A stretch of 64,000 nt of DNA from Candidatus Cloacimonadota bacterium (GCA_049903315.1 JBNGBT010000008.1:32001-96000); one strand, 5' to 3'. Shown: positions 28,461 through 38,562, counted from the stretch's first letter. Program-made: numbers and translations. Notes: a model not told the origin generated them from the sequence alone.

Positions 28461-28859
28461 TTACAAACCGAGTATTTGGCTTACGGTTTTATGAAATTCT
28501 TCGGGTTCAACAGGTTTATCAATAAAAGCATCGGGTTCTGATCCAAGTGTGATACCCATGTCTTTTGCGTCATATCTCAGTCCGGTAGTTGTTGCGATAC
28601 CTGTAAGCATGATGACGGGAATATTTTCAGTAACATCTTTTCTTTTAAGCTCTTTAAAAACCTGAAAGCCGTTCATGACCGGCATCTGTACATCCAGTAT
28701 GATGAGATCAGGTATGATCGCTTCGGCTTTTTGTAATCCTTCAAGACCATTTTTTGCTGTCTCAATCTCAAAATCTCCAAGCTCGGAAAGCATTGCTTCT
28801 GAAAACGCAGTCGCGTCTGGTTCGTCATCAATAATGAGTATCTTTTTATTTTCTGCCAT
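28461..28859 (-). CDS. Single-domain response regulator
   Basis: ATG at 28859 after GGAGG. ILIIDDE, DVQMPVMNG, IDKP. Confidence 0.88.
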   Translation of the reverse strand: MAENKKILIIDDEPDATAFSEAMLSELGDFEIETAKNGLEGLQKAEAIIPDLIILDVQMPVMNGFQVFKELKRKDVTENIPVIMLTGIATTTGLRYDAKDMGITLGSEPDAFIDKPVEPEEFHKTVSQILGL

Positions 28860-28878
28860 TATATACCTCCGGCGGTAA

Positions 28879-30090
28879 TTATTTTTTTCTTTTCTTTGGC
28901 AACGTAATTGTGAATTTTGTGCCTTTCCCCTTTTCTGAGTCAACAGAAATGTTTCCCCCATGCTCTTTTATGATCTTGTAAGAAACTGCAAGACCAAGCC
29001 CCGTCCCCTTTGATCCCTTTGTGCTGAAAAAAACCTGGAATAGTTTTGCTTGAGTTTCCGGCGACATGCCTATGCCTGAATCCACAACATGGATTTTGAA
29101 AGTCTTTCCCTTTGTTGATTGTACAGAAACTTCGACATTGCCCTTGGCAGATTCTTCGCACGCATCAATGGCATTGGAAACAAGATTAAGCACACAGCGC
29201 TTCACTCCTTTTGCATCGATCTCAACTTCGTCAAGCGATTCTTCCGGTAAGAATTTCATTGAAACATTTTTCTCTTTCCCCTTTTGCTCCATGAGATCGC
29301 ACACGCTTTTCACCAGTTCATTTACATCGGCAGTTACATATTCAGGTTCACGCTCTTTGGAATATGAAAGCATGTCAAGAACAAGTTCTTTCATGAAGAT
29401 GTTATTCTTTTTTACGATATTCCAGCCCTTATCAACATTTGAGAAATTCTCTTTCTTCAGCCCGAGGTCAAGAATATAAGATCCGCCCTGGATTCCATTA
29501 AGTACGTTTTTTATGCAATGAGCAAGTCCCGAAACAGTTTGTCCTACTGCAGCAAGACGCTCATTTTTTACAATATGCTCGTGGAGTTTTGCGTTTTCGA
29601 TGGCAATTGCAGCTTGTGAAGCAATTGCATCGAGAAAGATCCGGTCCGCATCATCAAATTTTTCGTCGTTCATTTTATTGATAACTTCGACAGCACCGAG
29701 GCATTTATCAGGAGTGCTCATCGGCACACAGAGGATTGATTTTGTAATGAAGCCACTTTTCTTATCCGCAGCTTTGTAGAAGCGCCTGTCTTTGGATACA
29801 TCATTTACGAGTACCGGCTTACCTTCTTTGATTACCCAACCGACAATGCCTTCACCCGCTTTCATCCGTATGGTTTTAATAATCTTAGCTTTTTCACCTT
29901 CAGTCACGTGGAAGAGAAGCTCATTCGTTTCTTCATCGATAAGTACAAGGGAAGATGCCTCCACTTGCATCGCCTGGGTGGTGACGTCCATGACGGATTT
30001 CAGGACCTTATCAAGATCAAGATGAGAGTTAATTGTCTGTATGATCTTGAGGATCGCATCCGATTGAGCAGTGTCTATTTTTTCTGGCAT
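28879..30090 (-). CDS. Cytoplasmic GAF-domain histidine kinase
   Basis: GAF (GEGIVGWV...SILCVPM), AHCIKNVL H-box, NLVSNAIDA, GTGLGL. Start 30090 or 30102. Confidence 0.9.
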   Translation of the reverse strand: MPEKIDTAQSDAILKIIQTINSHLDLDKVLKSVMDVTTQAMQVEASSLVLIDEETNELLFHVTEGEKAKIIKTIRMKAGEGIVGWVIKEGKPVLVNDVSKDRRFYKAADKKSGFITKSILCVPMSTPDKCLGAVEVINKMNDEKFDDADRIFLDAIASQAAIAIENAKLHEHIVKNERLAAVGQTVSGLAHCIKNVLNGIQGGSYILDLGLKKENFSNVDKGWNIVKKNNIFMKELVLDMLSYSKEREPEYVTADVNELVKSVCDLMEQKGKEKNVSMKFLPEESLDEVEIDAKGVKRCVLNLVSNAIDACEESAKGNVEVSVQSTKGKTFKIHVVDSGIGMSPETQAKLFQVFFSTKGSKGTGLGLAVSYKIIKEHGGNISVDSEKGKGTKFTITLPKKRKK

Positions 30091-30206
30091 AATTTTTACC
30101 AAATTATTAATAAATGGACTTAGCGTGTAATATTTTTGTTACGTCAAGTTTTTTGCTTTTTGTGAGCGAGAGATAAAAATGTTCTGTAAAGAAATAGCAG
30201 GCAGAA

Positions 30207-30234
30207 AACGCAGATCGAGCAGATGGGTGCAGAT
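30207..30234 (+). repeat. Short tandem GCAGAT repeat (9-10 bp period), REP-like
   Basis: AACGCAGATCGAGCAGATGGGTGCAGAT; related copy at 62076-62102. Confidence 0.5.
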
Positions 30235-30471
30235 AGGAAACAAACAAAGTAAAATAAGATTCCAATCTTGTTTAGATGGAATAAATGAGTTCAGATATTA
30301 TTAAATACACAATGAAACATTTTTTGAAATCTCATAACGTCAGGAAATGGTCCCTGACCACTCAGTTCATTCATTAATTAGAAGTTAAATGAATTCAGTG
30401 TTGATAATAGTTGACGAAAAAACGGTCTGAAAAAAACTGCGTTACACAGAATAACAGGTAGAAATATACTC

Positions 30472-32298
30472 ATGCATTCAAAAATCTATGATGTGATCGT
30501 AATCGGTGCAGGACATGCTGGCTGCGAAGCAGCACTTGCATCTGCAAAGATGGGTGCCGATACCCTCATGTTCGTCATCAAGCTGGAGACGATCGGCAGG
30601 ATGTCCTGCAATCCCGCAGTTGGAGGACTTGCAAAAGGTCATCTTACAAGAGAGGTTGATGCTCTTGGAGGTGCCATCGGGCAGGTCATTGATAAAACGG
30701 GTATTCACTTCAGGATGCTGAACAGGAGTAAGGGACCGGCAGTCTGGGCTCCACGTGCTCAGGCAGACAGGATCGCATACCAGATCGAGATGCGGTCTGT
30801 AGTCGAGCACCAGGAGAATCTTGAAATAAAAGAAGCATTGGTCGAAGAACTCATTGTTGAAGAGGATCATATAAAGGGAGTCTTAACACAATACGGACAG
30901 ACCTATTATGCTAAAACTGTCATTATTGCAGCTGGTACATTTCTTAATGGTACGATTCATATAGGAAAGAATAATTATTCTGCAGGCAGAGCAGGCGAAT
31001 TTGCATCTATAAAGCTGTCGGATTCTCTGAAAAAGTGCGGATTCCCACTTGTAAGATTTAAAACAGGCACACCTGCGCGACTCGATTCCCGAACACTTGA
31101 TTATTCAAAGCTGGAAGAACAAAAACCGGATGAACCACCCCCCAAATTTTCTTATTATACCGATATTCATCCGAAAAATTATGTAAGTTGTTTTCTCACT
31201 TATACGAACAAAAGCACACACAAAATAATTGCTGATAACATTACCGAATCTTCATTGTTCAGTGGAAATATTACAGGAATTGGTGCGCGGTATTGTCCTT
31301 CTATAGAAGATAAAATAAAAAAATTTCCTGAAAAAGACAGGCATCAGGTTTTTATAGAACCGGAAGGTATCAATACCTTTGAAATGTATGCAAACGGACT
31401 GCCCACAAGCTTTCCTCCGCAGGTGCAGCTTGATATGATTCACTCTGTCGAAGGACTTGAAAAGGCAAAGTTGATGCGCTACGGATATGCGATCGAATAT
31501 GACTGCATCCCAACAGAATATATCCAATACAGCTTAGAAACAAAGTTGGTAAAAGGACTGTTCTTTGCAGGGCAGATCAATGGCACTTCCGGTTATGAGG
31601 AAGCTGCTGCGCAAGGAATTATCGCAGGAATCAACGCGGTGAAATATGTGCAGAAAAAAGACCCAATTATTATGCATCGTGATAATTCATATATCGGAGT
31701 TTTAATCGATGACCTTGTAACCAAAGGAGTCGATGAGCCCTATCGAATGTTCACTGCACGAGCAGAGTATCGTCTTCATTTGCGGCAGGATAATGCAGAT
31801 GAGAGGCTCATGCCACTGGGATATGAGTTGGGACTAATCGATAAATATAGGTACAAACAATTTACCGATGCTCTAAAAATCAAAAATAGAGAGATCAAGA
31901 AATTGTTGAAGGAAAATGCAATATCTGACTCAGAAAAATCATATAAAATGATAGATATTCTCCGAAGACCAGAAATTGCTTACGGCGATCTTGCAAAATT
32001 TGGGTACAAGATTGCAGATGATGTGACCAATGCAATCAAAGAGAAAATATCTCTCGAAGTAAAATATGAGGGTTATATAAAGAGGCAGCATCAGGAGATC
32101 GAACGGTTTAATTATCTTGAAAGCAAGTCTATTCCAGCGGATTTCAATTATATGGAATTCGCCACTATTTCTTATGAAGCAAGAGAAAAACTCACAAAAG
32201 TTAAACCTCTTTCAGTCGGACAAGCTGCGCGAATACCCGGAGTAACTTTTGCCGATGTATCGGCACTACTGGTGAAATTAAAAACCCTTGATGCATGA
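30472..32298 (+). CDS. mnmG: tRNA uridine-5-carboxymethylaminomethyl(34) synthesis enzyme MnmG
   Basis: GAGHAGCEAA, MSCNPAVGG, RYCPSIEDK, GQINGTSGYEEAAAQG, EPYRMFTARAEYRL. Confidence 0.97.
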   Translation: MHSKIYDVIVIGAGHAGCEAALASAKMGADTLMFVIKLETIGRMSCNPAVGGLAKGHLTREVDALGGAIGQVIDKTGIHFRMLNRSKGPAVWAPRAQADRIAYQIEMRSVVEHQENLEIKEALVEELIVEEDHIKGVLTQYGQTYYAKTVIIAAGTFLNGTIHIGKNNYSAGRAGEFASIKLSDSLKKCGFPLVRFKTGTPARLDSRTLDYSKLEEQKPDEPPPKFSYYTDIHPKNYVSCFLTYTNKSTHKIIADNITESSLFSGNITGIGARYCPSIEDKIKKFPEKDRHQVFIEPEGINTFEMYANGLPTSFPPQVQLDMIHSVEGLEKAKLMRYGYAIEYDCIPTEYIQYSLETKLVKGLFFAGQINGTSGYEEAAAQGIIAGINAVKYVQKKDPIIMHRDNSYIGVLIDDLVTKGVDEPYRMFTARAEYRLHLRQDNADERLMPLGYELGLIDKYRYKQFTDALKIKNREIKKLLKENAISDSEKSYKMIDILRRPEIAYGDLAKFGYKIADDVTNAIKEKISLEVKYEGYIKRQHQEIERFNYLESKSIPADFNYMEFATISYEAREKLTKVKPLSVGQAARIPGVTFADVSALLVKLKTLDA

Positions 32299-32926
32299 TA
32301 AATTAGACTTTCAAAATTTTCTGAAACAGCATAACATTTCAGAACTAGCATTTAATTTATTTGAATTATACGAGAAGATCCTCACAGAAAAAAACAAAAA
32401 ATTCAACCTCGTTTCAAATACATCACTAGAAAAAATATGGTTCACTCATTTCTTTGATTCTGTTCTTATTGCCGATTTTCTTGATATTAGCAATGCGAGC
32501 CTTCTCGATTTTGGAAGCGGCGGGGGTTTTCCCGGATTACCATTGAAAATAATCTATCCTTCTATAAAATTATTTTGTGTTGAATCAGTCAGAAAAAAAG
32601 TGCTCTTTCTAAAATTCTTAAAACAGGAACTGAATCTAAAGGATACAACAATAATTCAATCGCGCTTTGAAGACGTGGAGCAAAGCTTGGAAAATAGTCT
32701 TGATTACATCACGGTGCGTGCAGTAAAAATGAACGATGATTATTTCCGGAAGGCATTTTCACTCCTGAAACCTTCGGGGAAACTCATATTGTATAAATCA
32801 GAAGTTAATATTGATGAAGTTGACAAGATTAAGCAGTATGCGGATTGTGAGAAAACAGAAATAATAAGAAAAGAGTATTCCGGGCTCGGTAAAAGAGCCT
32901 TTATCATTGTAAAAAAGCATGGCTAA
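32288..32926 (+). CDS. rsmG: 16S rRNA m7G527 methyltransferase RsmG
   Basis: HFFDS, DFGSGGGFPGLPL. Follows mnmG. Confidence 0.93.
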   Translation: MMHDKLDFQNFLKQHNISELAFNLFELYEKILTEKNKKFNLVSNTSLEKIWFTHFFDSVLIADFLDISNASLLDFGSGGGFPGLPLKIIYPSIKLFCVESVRKKVLFLKFLKQELNLKDTTIIQSRFEDVEQSLENSLDYITVRAVKMNDDYFRKAFSLLKPSGKLILYKSEVNIDEVDKIKQYADCEKTEIIRKEYSGLGKRAFIIVKKHG

Positions 32927-33695
32927 AGCACTCGCGATCACAAACCAGAAAGGTGGGGTCGGCAAGACCACAACAGCGATTAATCTTGCTGCTTCGCTCG
33001 CATCTTATGGGCAAAAGGTATTGCTTATAGATCTCGATCCTCAGGCGAATTGTACGAGCGGAATAGGAATAGATAAAAATTATGTGGATGGGCAAATATA
33101 CGATCTGTTACTTGGAGATTTACACATTTATGATGCAATTCTTGAGACAAGCATAGCTAATTTGCGCATAATCCCATCTTCGATAGATCTTATCGGTTGC
33201 GAGGTGGAGCTTCTCACCGTCGATGACAAAGAACAGCGCTTGAAGAAAGTGCTTTCTGCTATTGATGGGAAATTTGATTATATCATTATAGACTGCCCAC
33301 CGTCTCTCAACATCCTTACAATAAATGCGATGGTCGCCTCTAACGATCTGCTTATTCCGATACAGTCAGAATATTATGCATTGGAAGGTATTGCGCAACT
33401 GCTTAAAACAATTCAGCTTATCAAGCGAAAACTTAATCCTGATCTTTCCATTTTTGGCATTGTTATCACGATGTATGACAGAAGAACAATTTTGGCAGAA
33501 CAGGTCGCAAAAGAGGTTCGAAGATATTTTAAAGACATAGTTTTCAACACAATAATTGACCGAAATGTAAAATTGAGTGAAGCCCCGAGCTATGGCAAAC
33601 CGATCCTGACGTATGATATCAGTTCGCGAGGAGCGCAAAATTACTTGCGCCTTGCACAGGAAGTATTAAAAAAAGATGGAAAGGATGACGTATGA
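32919..33695 (+). CDS. parA: Chromosome partitioning ATPase ParA/Soj
   Basis: NQKGGVGKTTT, DLDPQAN, IDCPPSL, LSEAPSYG. Confidence 0.95.
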   Translation: MAKALAITNQKGGVGKTTTAINLAASLASYGQKVLLIDLDPQANCTSGIGIDKNYVDGQIYDLLLGDLHIYDAILETSIANLRIIPSSIDLIGCEVELLTVDDKEQRLKKVLSAIDGKFDYIIIDCPPSLNILTINAMVASNDLLIPIQSEYYALEGIAQLLKTIQLIKRKLNPDLSIFGIVITMYDRRTILAEQVAKEVRRYFKDIVFNTIIDRNVKLSEAPSYGKPILTYDISSRGAQNYLRLAQEVLKKDGKDDV

Positions 33696-34528
33696 GCAAA
33701 CTTGGAAAAGGTTTGGAAGCACTTGTTCAAATTGATGCAGATGAAAAAACCGGCGTAAAGCTGATCGCAATTAAAGATATATCTTTCAATCCATATCAGC
33801 CGAGAAAATCCATCAATAAAAACCAGTTACAGGAACTAGCAGACTCCATCGCAGAAAATGGCATTATTCAGCCTATTATTGTAAGAAAAGCAGATAATAA
33901 CAAATACGAACTCATTGCAGGTCAGCGAAGATTAACTGCTGCCCAGATCGCAGGATTCGCAAAAGTACCTGCGATAGTACGCACCGCAAAAGACCAGGAA
34001 ATGCTTGCTCTCGCACTTGTTGAAAATATTCAAAGAGAAAATCTGAATGCAGTTGATGAAGCAATGGCGTATCAGATGTTTGTGGATGAATTCAAATATA
34101 CACATGAAAAAATTGCTGATATCGTTGGTAAAAGCCGTGTCGCGATCACAAATGCTCTGAGGATTTTGAAATTACCCGAGCCAATTATTGAAATGATAAA
34201 AAATGATATACTGTCTGCCGGTCATGCACGAGCAATTCTCCAGGTTGATCCTTCTCTGCAAATAGATTTTGCAAATTACATTGTGAAAAACGAAATGTCA
34301 GTGCATGCTGCAGAAGCGATTTCTAAAAAGTTTGAAAATATTAGAAAAGAAAAAAAGCCTGCAAAACGGGATATCCATTTAGTCGCACTTGAACAGGATC
34401 TTGAAAAGAGATTTGGAACAAGAGTAAAAATTAAAGGATATAAAAAAGGTAAATTCGAGATCTATTACCATACCGAGGATGAATTTGAAAAAATCCTCAA
34501 TATGATACTTCACAAAAATGAAACATAG
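33692..34528 (+). CDS. parB: Chromosome partitioning protein ParB/Spo0J
   Basis: LGKGLEAL, NPYQPRK, AGQRR, ENIQRENL, GHARA. Confidence 0.95.
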   Translation: MSKLGKGLEALVQIDADEKTGVKLIAIKDISFNPYQPRKSINKNQLQELADSIAENGIIQPIIVRKADNNKYELIAGQRRLTAAQIAGFAKVPAIVRTAKDQEMLALALVENIQRENLNAVDEAMAYQMFVDEFKYTHEKIADIVGKSRVAITNALRILKLPEPIIEMIKNDILSAGHARAILQVDPSLQIDFANYIVKNEMSVHAAEAISKKFENIRKEKKPAKRDIHLVALEQDLEKRFGTRVKIKGYKKGKFEIYYHTEDEFEKILNMILHKNET

Positions 34529-35174
34529 AAGATTAGTTGTATTTCTTTCAATAATAATAATAATTTTGGTCGGATCATATATTGTTGTTTCTTTATATCT
34601 TATCAGCGATCTGACAACAAAGAATGATATTTTAAAACAGGAAAAGCAGGGTTTGGACCTCAAGGTCAAACAACTCGAAGATGTGATTGCCTCATTGCCC
34701 AAAGATACAAAAAGCCCGGTTATTCAATCAAAAGCAGTAGAAAATATTCAGGTGCATGAGAAAGAGCTCGAAGCAGCGACAGATGATTTTATAAACTATC
34801 AGCAGTATATACCGAATTTTTGCCCTCTTGCTGAATTGATCCTTACAAAGCCATATTTGCCAAAGCGAAGCCACTACGGCATAGACCTTGCAGGAAAGAT
34901 TGGCGAACCGGTTTATGCTGCAGCTTCAGGAGTCGTGGAATCAATCAATCTTGATGACGAGATCTATGGAAAAATTCTTGTACTCGATCATCTTAATGGA
35001 TATAAAACAAGTTACGGTCATAACTCCCACATAAATGTACAGGTCGGGACCTTTGTGCGCAAAGGAGAACAGATTGCAGAAGTCGGCAACACAGGTATTA
35101 GTTCTGCCCCGCACCTGCACTTCGAAATTTTATTACATGACCAAAATATCGATCCGGAGACAAAAATAAAATGA
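34518..35174 (+). CDS. M23 family metallopeptidase
   Basis: HYGID, YGH, PHLHFE. N-terminal TM and coiled coil. Confidence 0.9.
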   Translation: MKHRRLVVFLSIIIIILVGSYIVVSLYLISDLTTKNDILKQEKQGLDLKVKQLEDVIASLPKDTKSPVIQSKAVENIQVHEKELEAATDDFINYQQYIPNFCPLAELILTKPYLPKRSHYGIDLAGKIGEPVYAAASGVVESINLDDEIYGKILVLDHLNGYKTSYGHNSHINVQVGTFVRKGEQIAEVGNTGISSAPHLHFEILLHDQNIDPETKIK

Positions 35175-35188
35175 GATGGAGGTTTTAA

Positions 35189-35560
35189 GTGAAAAACGGA
35201 GAAAATAATTTGGATACCATTATTGGAGAACATACGAAATTCAATGGAGAAATTCATTCTGAAGGTGGTGTTCGCATCGATGGTGAAGTTGAGGGAAAAA
35301 TTCATTGTGAAGGTTTTTTACTTATTGGAGAAAAGGCAAACATCAAAGCCAATATCCAATCCGACGAAGCGATTATTTCTGGCAAAGTCGAGGGGAATAT
35401 CACTATTGAGAAAAAATTGGAACTTAAGAGTTCCGCGCTGATCAATGGCGATATTATAGCAAAGGTGCTTTCTATGGAATCTGGAACACAGATCAGCGGA
35501 AATTGCAGCATAAAACAGGTTGATACCCAGAAAAGCACAAAAAAGAGCAAAGAAAAATAA
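35189..35560 (+). CDS. Bactofilin (polymer-forming cytoskeletal protein)
   Basis: TIIGEHTKFNGEI...RIDGEVEGKI repeats. Typical pairing with an M23 peptidase. Confidence 0.9.
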   Translation: MKNGENNLDTIIGEHTKFNGEIHSEGGVRIDGEVEGKIHCEGFLLIGEKANIKANIQSDEAIISGKVEGNITIEKKLELKSSALINGDIIAKVLSMESGTQISGNCSIKQVDTQKSTKKSKEK

Positions 35561-35565
35561 CCACA

Positions 35566-35802
35566 ATGCCTGTGAAGAACAAAGGGTATTACAAAGAGGT
35601 TTTTGAGGGACTCGGGCTTGTGGCACAGCTCGGTCTCACAATGATTATTAACATTTTAATATTTTTTTTCGTAGGATTATTCATTGAAAAAAAATGGCAT
35701 CTCAAAGGTATTCCAATAATCATCGGAGTTTTTTGCGGAGTTGTTTCAGGTGCATTTTCATGTTACCAACTCATAAAAAAAAATGAAAATTCTGACAAAT
35801 AG
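35566..35802 (+). CDS. AtpZ/AtpI-family small membrane protein
   Basis: Two TMs, 'LVAQLGLTM...GLFIEK'. First gene of atp operon. Confidence 0.75.
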   Translation: MPVKNKGYYKEVFEGLGLVAQLGLTMIINILIFFFVGLFIEKKWHLKGIPIIIGVFCGVVSGAFSCYQLIKKNENSDK

Positions 35803-36166
35803 TTTTCGCAAGTACGTATATCATATTCTCGGGCTGATTTTCTTGACAGAGATACCGGCTCTTTTGCTTATCACACAAAACTTGAAGCTTTGGCTAGGTT
35901 ATTTTCTTGGCTCAATTCTCTCAAGTGTGAATTTTTATTTTCAGGCAAAGGGCGCAGAGAGCAGAGTGGGACTAAGCCCCACAGGAGCAAAATTAAGCGT
36001 ATTCAGGAATTTTTATATACGCTATTTGGTTTTGGTTGTATTCGTAGTTGTTTCTGTGAAGTTCTTAGAAGTAAATATTTTTTCTCTTCTTGTCGGCTTA
36101 CTCATTGCTCCAGCTATTGTTCTAATCGATGGTATTCATGCCGGAAAAAATAATCAGGAATCCTAA
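35783..36166 (+). CDS. atpI: ATP synthase protein I
   Basis: Four TMs, 'FYIRY'. Upstream of atpB. Confidence 0.75.
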   Translation: MKILTNSFRKYVYHILGLIFLTEIPALLLITQNLKLWLGYFLGSILSSVNFYFQAKGAESRVGLSPTGAKLSVFRNFYIRYLVLVVFVVVSVKFLEVNIFSLLVGLLIAPAIVLIDGIHAGKNNQES

Positions 36167-36182
36167 TAAGATATAAGTTGAT

Positions 36183-37013
36183 ATGAAAAAAAAGTCCAAG
36201 AAAGCATTGATAATAGTTCTTATAATAATAGTTATTGAGGGGATACTTTCTGTCGGACTTAATCATGAACTTCAGGTTGGAATTGATGATGGCAGATTCG
36301 TTATCAGAAATATTGAGAGTGAAAAATCCATTCAGGATCAGATCAATCATGAATTCCAAAACTATCATATAGTAAAGCTTTTCGGAAAATTTACTATCAA
36401 TTGGAGCGTGTTGCGCGTTATTCTTTTTGTAGATCTTTTTTTGATATTATTTGCAGCGCTTGTCAGACGAAAGATGCATCTTATCCCAGGGAAATTACAA
36501 ATTATTGCAGAGATGATATATTCGTTTTTTTCCAGTCTTGTGATTGAAACAGTCGGTGAGAAGAAGAAATATTTCACGCCCTATATTTTTACAATATTTG
36601 TGTTTATCTGGATATGCAATATAATCGGAATGATCCCCATTCCGGGAAATCTTGAGCCAACCAGGAATTTAAATGTTCCTCTTGGACTAGGACTCATGGC
36701 GCTGGTAATTGTTCATTATTCCGCAATAAAAGAAAAAGGAATGAAGCTCTACCTGAAAGAATATGCCGAACCGATTTCTTTCATGCTCCCCATAAACATT
36801 GTCGGCGAAATTGCAAAAGGGATTTCTCTCTCCTTTCGTCTTTTCGGGAATATTCTTGGAGGAGCTATCATTATTCTCGTAGTTTCGAATCTCACCCGTT
36901 TTATTCTTATCCCGGTTGGTCTTAATCTGTTTTTTGGTTTGTTCATCGGAACGGTGCAGGCATTTGTGTTCACCATGCTTGTGCTGTCATATACCGCAGT
37001 GGCAATAAAATAA
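36183..37013 (+). CDS. atpB: F0F1 ATP synthase subunit a
   Basis: PGKLQ, SLSFRLFGNI, QAFVFTML. Confidence 0.95.
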   Translation: MKKKSKKALIIVLIIIVIEGILSVGLNHELQVGIDDGRFVIRNIESEKSIQDQINHEFQNYHIVKLFGKFTINWSVLRVILFVDLFLILFAALVRRKMHLIPGKLQIIAEMIYSFFSSLVIETVGEKKKYFTPYIFTIFVFIWICNIIGMIPIPGNLEPTRNLNVPLGLGLMALVIVHYSAIKEKGMKLYLKEYAEPISFMLPINIVGEIAKGISLSFRLFGNILGGAIIILVVSNLTRFILIPVGLNLFFGLFIGTVQAFVFTMLVLSYTAVAIK

Positions 37014-37014
37014 T

Positions 37015-37746
37015 ATGTTTGATACCTTTAGTTTAGTACACGTTGCAGCATACCTCGGTGCAGGTCTTGCAGTCGGCATTTCGTCGATCGGAGCAGGCAT
37101 TGGAGAGGGCTATATTGCAGGCAATGCGAACATTGCAATGATGAAGCAGCCGAAATCAAACGATATTCTTCTTCGCACTATGCTTATCGCACAGGCAATT
37201 ACAGAAACCGGAGCTATCTTTGCACTCGTGATCGCAATGCTTCTCCTTTTTGGTGGTTCTATTATACCCGAAGCTAACTGGCAGAGGATCGCTTCATTAT
37301 TTGGTGCGGGACTTGTTATGGGAGCGGGTTGTCTCGGAACCGGTCTTGGAATCGGGTATGCTGGCGGACAGGCGTGCAAGGGAATAGGCAGGCAGCCACG
37401 AGAATCAAAAGTTCTTACAGCAAACATGCTTATTGGGCAAGCGCTGTCCGAAACATCGGCTATTTTTGCCTTGGTCATTGCGATGCTTCTTCTTTATTCT
37501 ACACCTGACGGAAACAGCATCGTGAAATCTTTCGCTTTTATTGGTGCAGCATTTGCAATGGGATTCGGAACGTTCGGTCCCGGATTTGGCATCGGTATTG
37601 TGGCGGGAAAAACCGTTGACGGTATCAGCAGGTTTCCAAAGCAGTCTGCAGTACTTGTGAGAACGATGTTCGTAGGCGCCGCTGTGTCGGAGTCAACTTC
37701 AATATATGCATTAGTTATTGCATTTTTATTATTATTTGTAGCATGA
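37015..37746 (+). CDS. atpE: Triplicated F0 subunit c (three fused hairpins)
   Basis: Three GxGxGxG...(K/R)xP...AxxE repeats in 243 aa. Confidence 0.9.
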   Translation: MFDTFSLVHVAAYLGAGLAVGISSIGAGIGEGYIAGNANIAMMKQPKSNDILLRTMLIAQAITETGAIFALVIAMLLLFGGSIIPEANWQRIASLFGAGLVMGAGCLGTGLGIGYAGGQACKGIGRQPRESKVLTANMLIGQALSETSAIFALVIAMLLLYSTPDGNSIVKSFAFIGAAFAMGFGTFGPGFGIGIVAGKTVDGISRFPKQSAVLVRTMFVGAAVSESTSIYALVIAFLLLFVA

Positions 37747-37767
37747 TTATAATCCTTAGGAGGATAC

Positions 37768-38007
37768 ATGGAAAGTGAAATCATTAGAGCGGCAGCATTA
37801 TTGGGTGCTGGCATTTGTATGGGCTTCGGTGCTATCGGACCTGGAATCGGCGAAGGTTTTACCGCCGGAAAGGCATGTGAAGGCATCGCACGTTCACCCG
37901 AAAACGCCGGACTACTCACCAGAACAATGCTTGTCGGTCAAGCAGTATCAGAATCAACCGGTATCTATTCACTGGTCATTTCTCTATTACTTATTTTCGC
38001 AGTGTAA
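37768..38007 (+). CDS. atpE: F0 subunit c, Na+-binding two-carboxylate type
   Basis: GPGIGEG...QAVSESTGIY. Strong AGGAGG RBS. Confidence 0.95.
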   Translation: MESEIIRAAALLGAGICMGFGAIGPGIGEGFTAGKACEGIARSPENAGLLTRTMLVGQAVSESTGIYSLVISLLLIFAV

Positions 38008-38011
38008 GAAC

Positions 38012-38048
38012 TCCCGTCAAATCGGGAAGGAACCCCGAAATTTCGGGG
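38012..38048. repeat. Two short hairpins between atpE and atpF
   Basis: TCCCG-TCAAAT-CGGGA and perfect palindrome CCCCGAAATTTCGGGG (38033-38048) abutting the atpF RBS. Confidence 0.6.
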
Positions 38049-38061
38049 AGGAGTATCAAGT

Positions 38062-38562
38062 ATGGTTAATATTGATTATACGCTTATTCTGGTGATCGTA
38101 AATTTCATTGTTTTGCTATTCATCCTGAAAAAGCTCTTGTATAAGCCGCTCATGGACTTTATCAACAAAAGAGAATCTCAGATAAGAGATGACCTCCAGG
38201 GCGCAAAAGAGCTTAAAGAAGAATCTACCAAGATTCTTGAGAAGCAGAAAGAATTGCTTCGAAAAGCAAAAGAAGAAGCCAGAAGTATACGTGATGAAGC
38301 AACAAAAAGTGCGAAAATACAGAGCGAGCAAATTCTTCATGATTCCGAAAAACAACGGGATGTGATAATACAGGAAGCTCAGGAAATTATCGATGTAGAA
38401 GTAAACAAAGCAAAAGAAAGCATTCAGTCTCAGATTGGAGATTTTGTCATAGAACTGACCGATAAAATCATCGGCAAGAAACTCACCGAAGATGATGATG
38501 TGAAACTCATTAACGATATGATAAAAGAAGAGAGCAAAAAAAAGGAGTCGTCTGTTGATTAG
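38062..38562 (+). CDS. atpF: ATP synthase subunit b
   Basis: N-terminal TM 'VNFIVLLFILKKLLYKPL' and coiled coil. Confidence 0.93.
   Translation: MVNIDYTLILVIVNFIVLLFILKKLLYKPLMDFINKRESQIRDDLQGAKELKEESTKILEKQKELLRKAKEEARSIRDEATKSAKIQSEQILHDSEKQRDVIIQEAQEIIDVEVNKAKESIQSQIGDFVIELTDKIIGKKLTEDDDVKLINDMIKEESKKKESSVD

Noticed and set aside
30103..30471. Possible oriC at the strand switch upstream of mnmG-rsmG-parAB
   Set aside because: I found no DnaA boxes (TTATCCACA-like) and no dnaA in the window.
30103..35200. parS site near parAB
   Set aside because: I saw no match to TGTTTCACGTGAAACA by eye.
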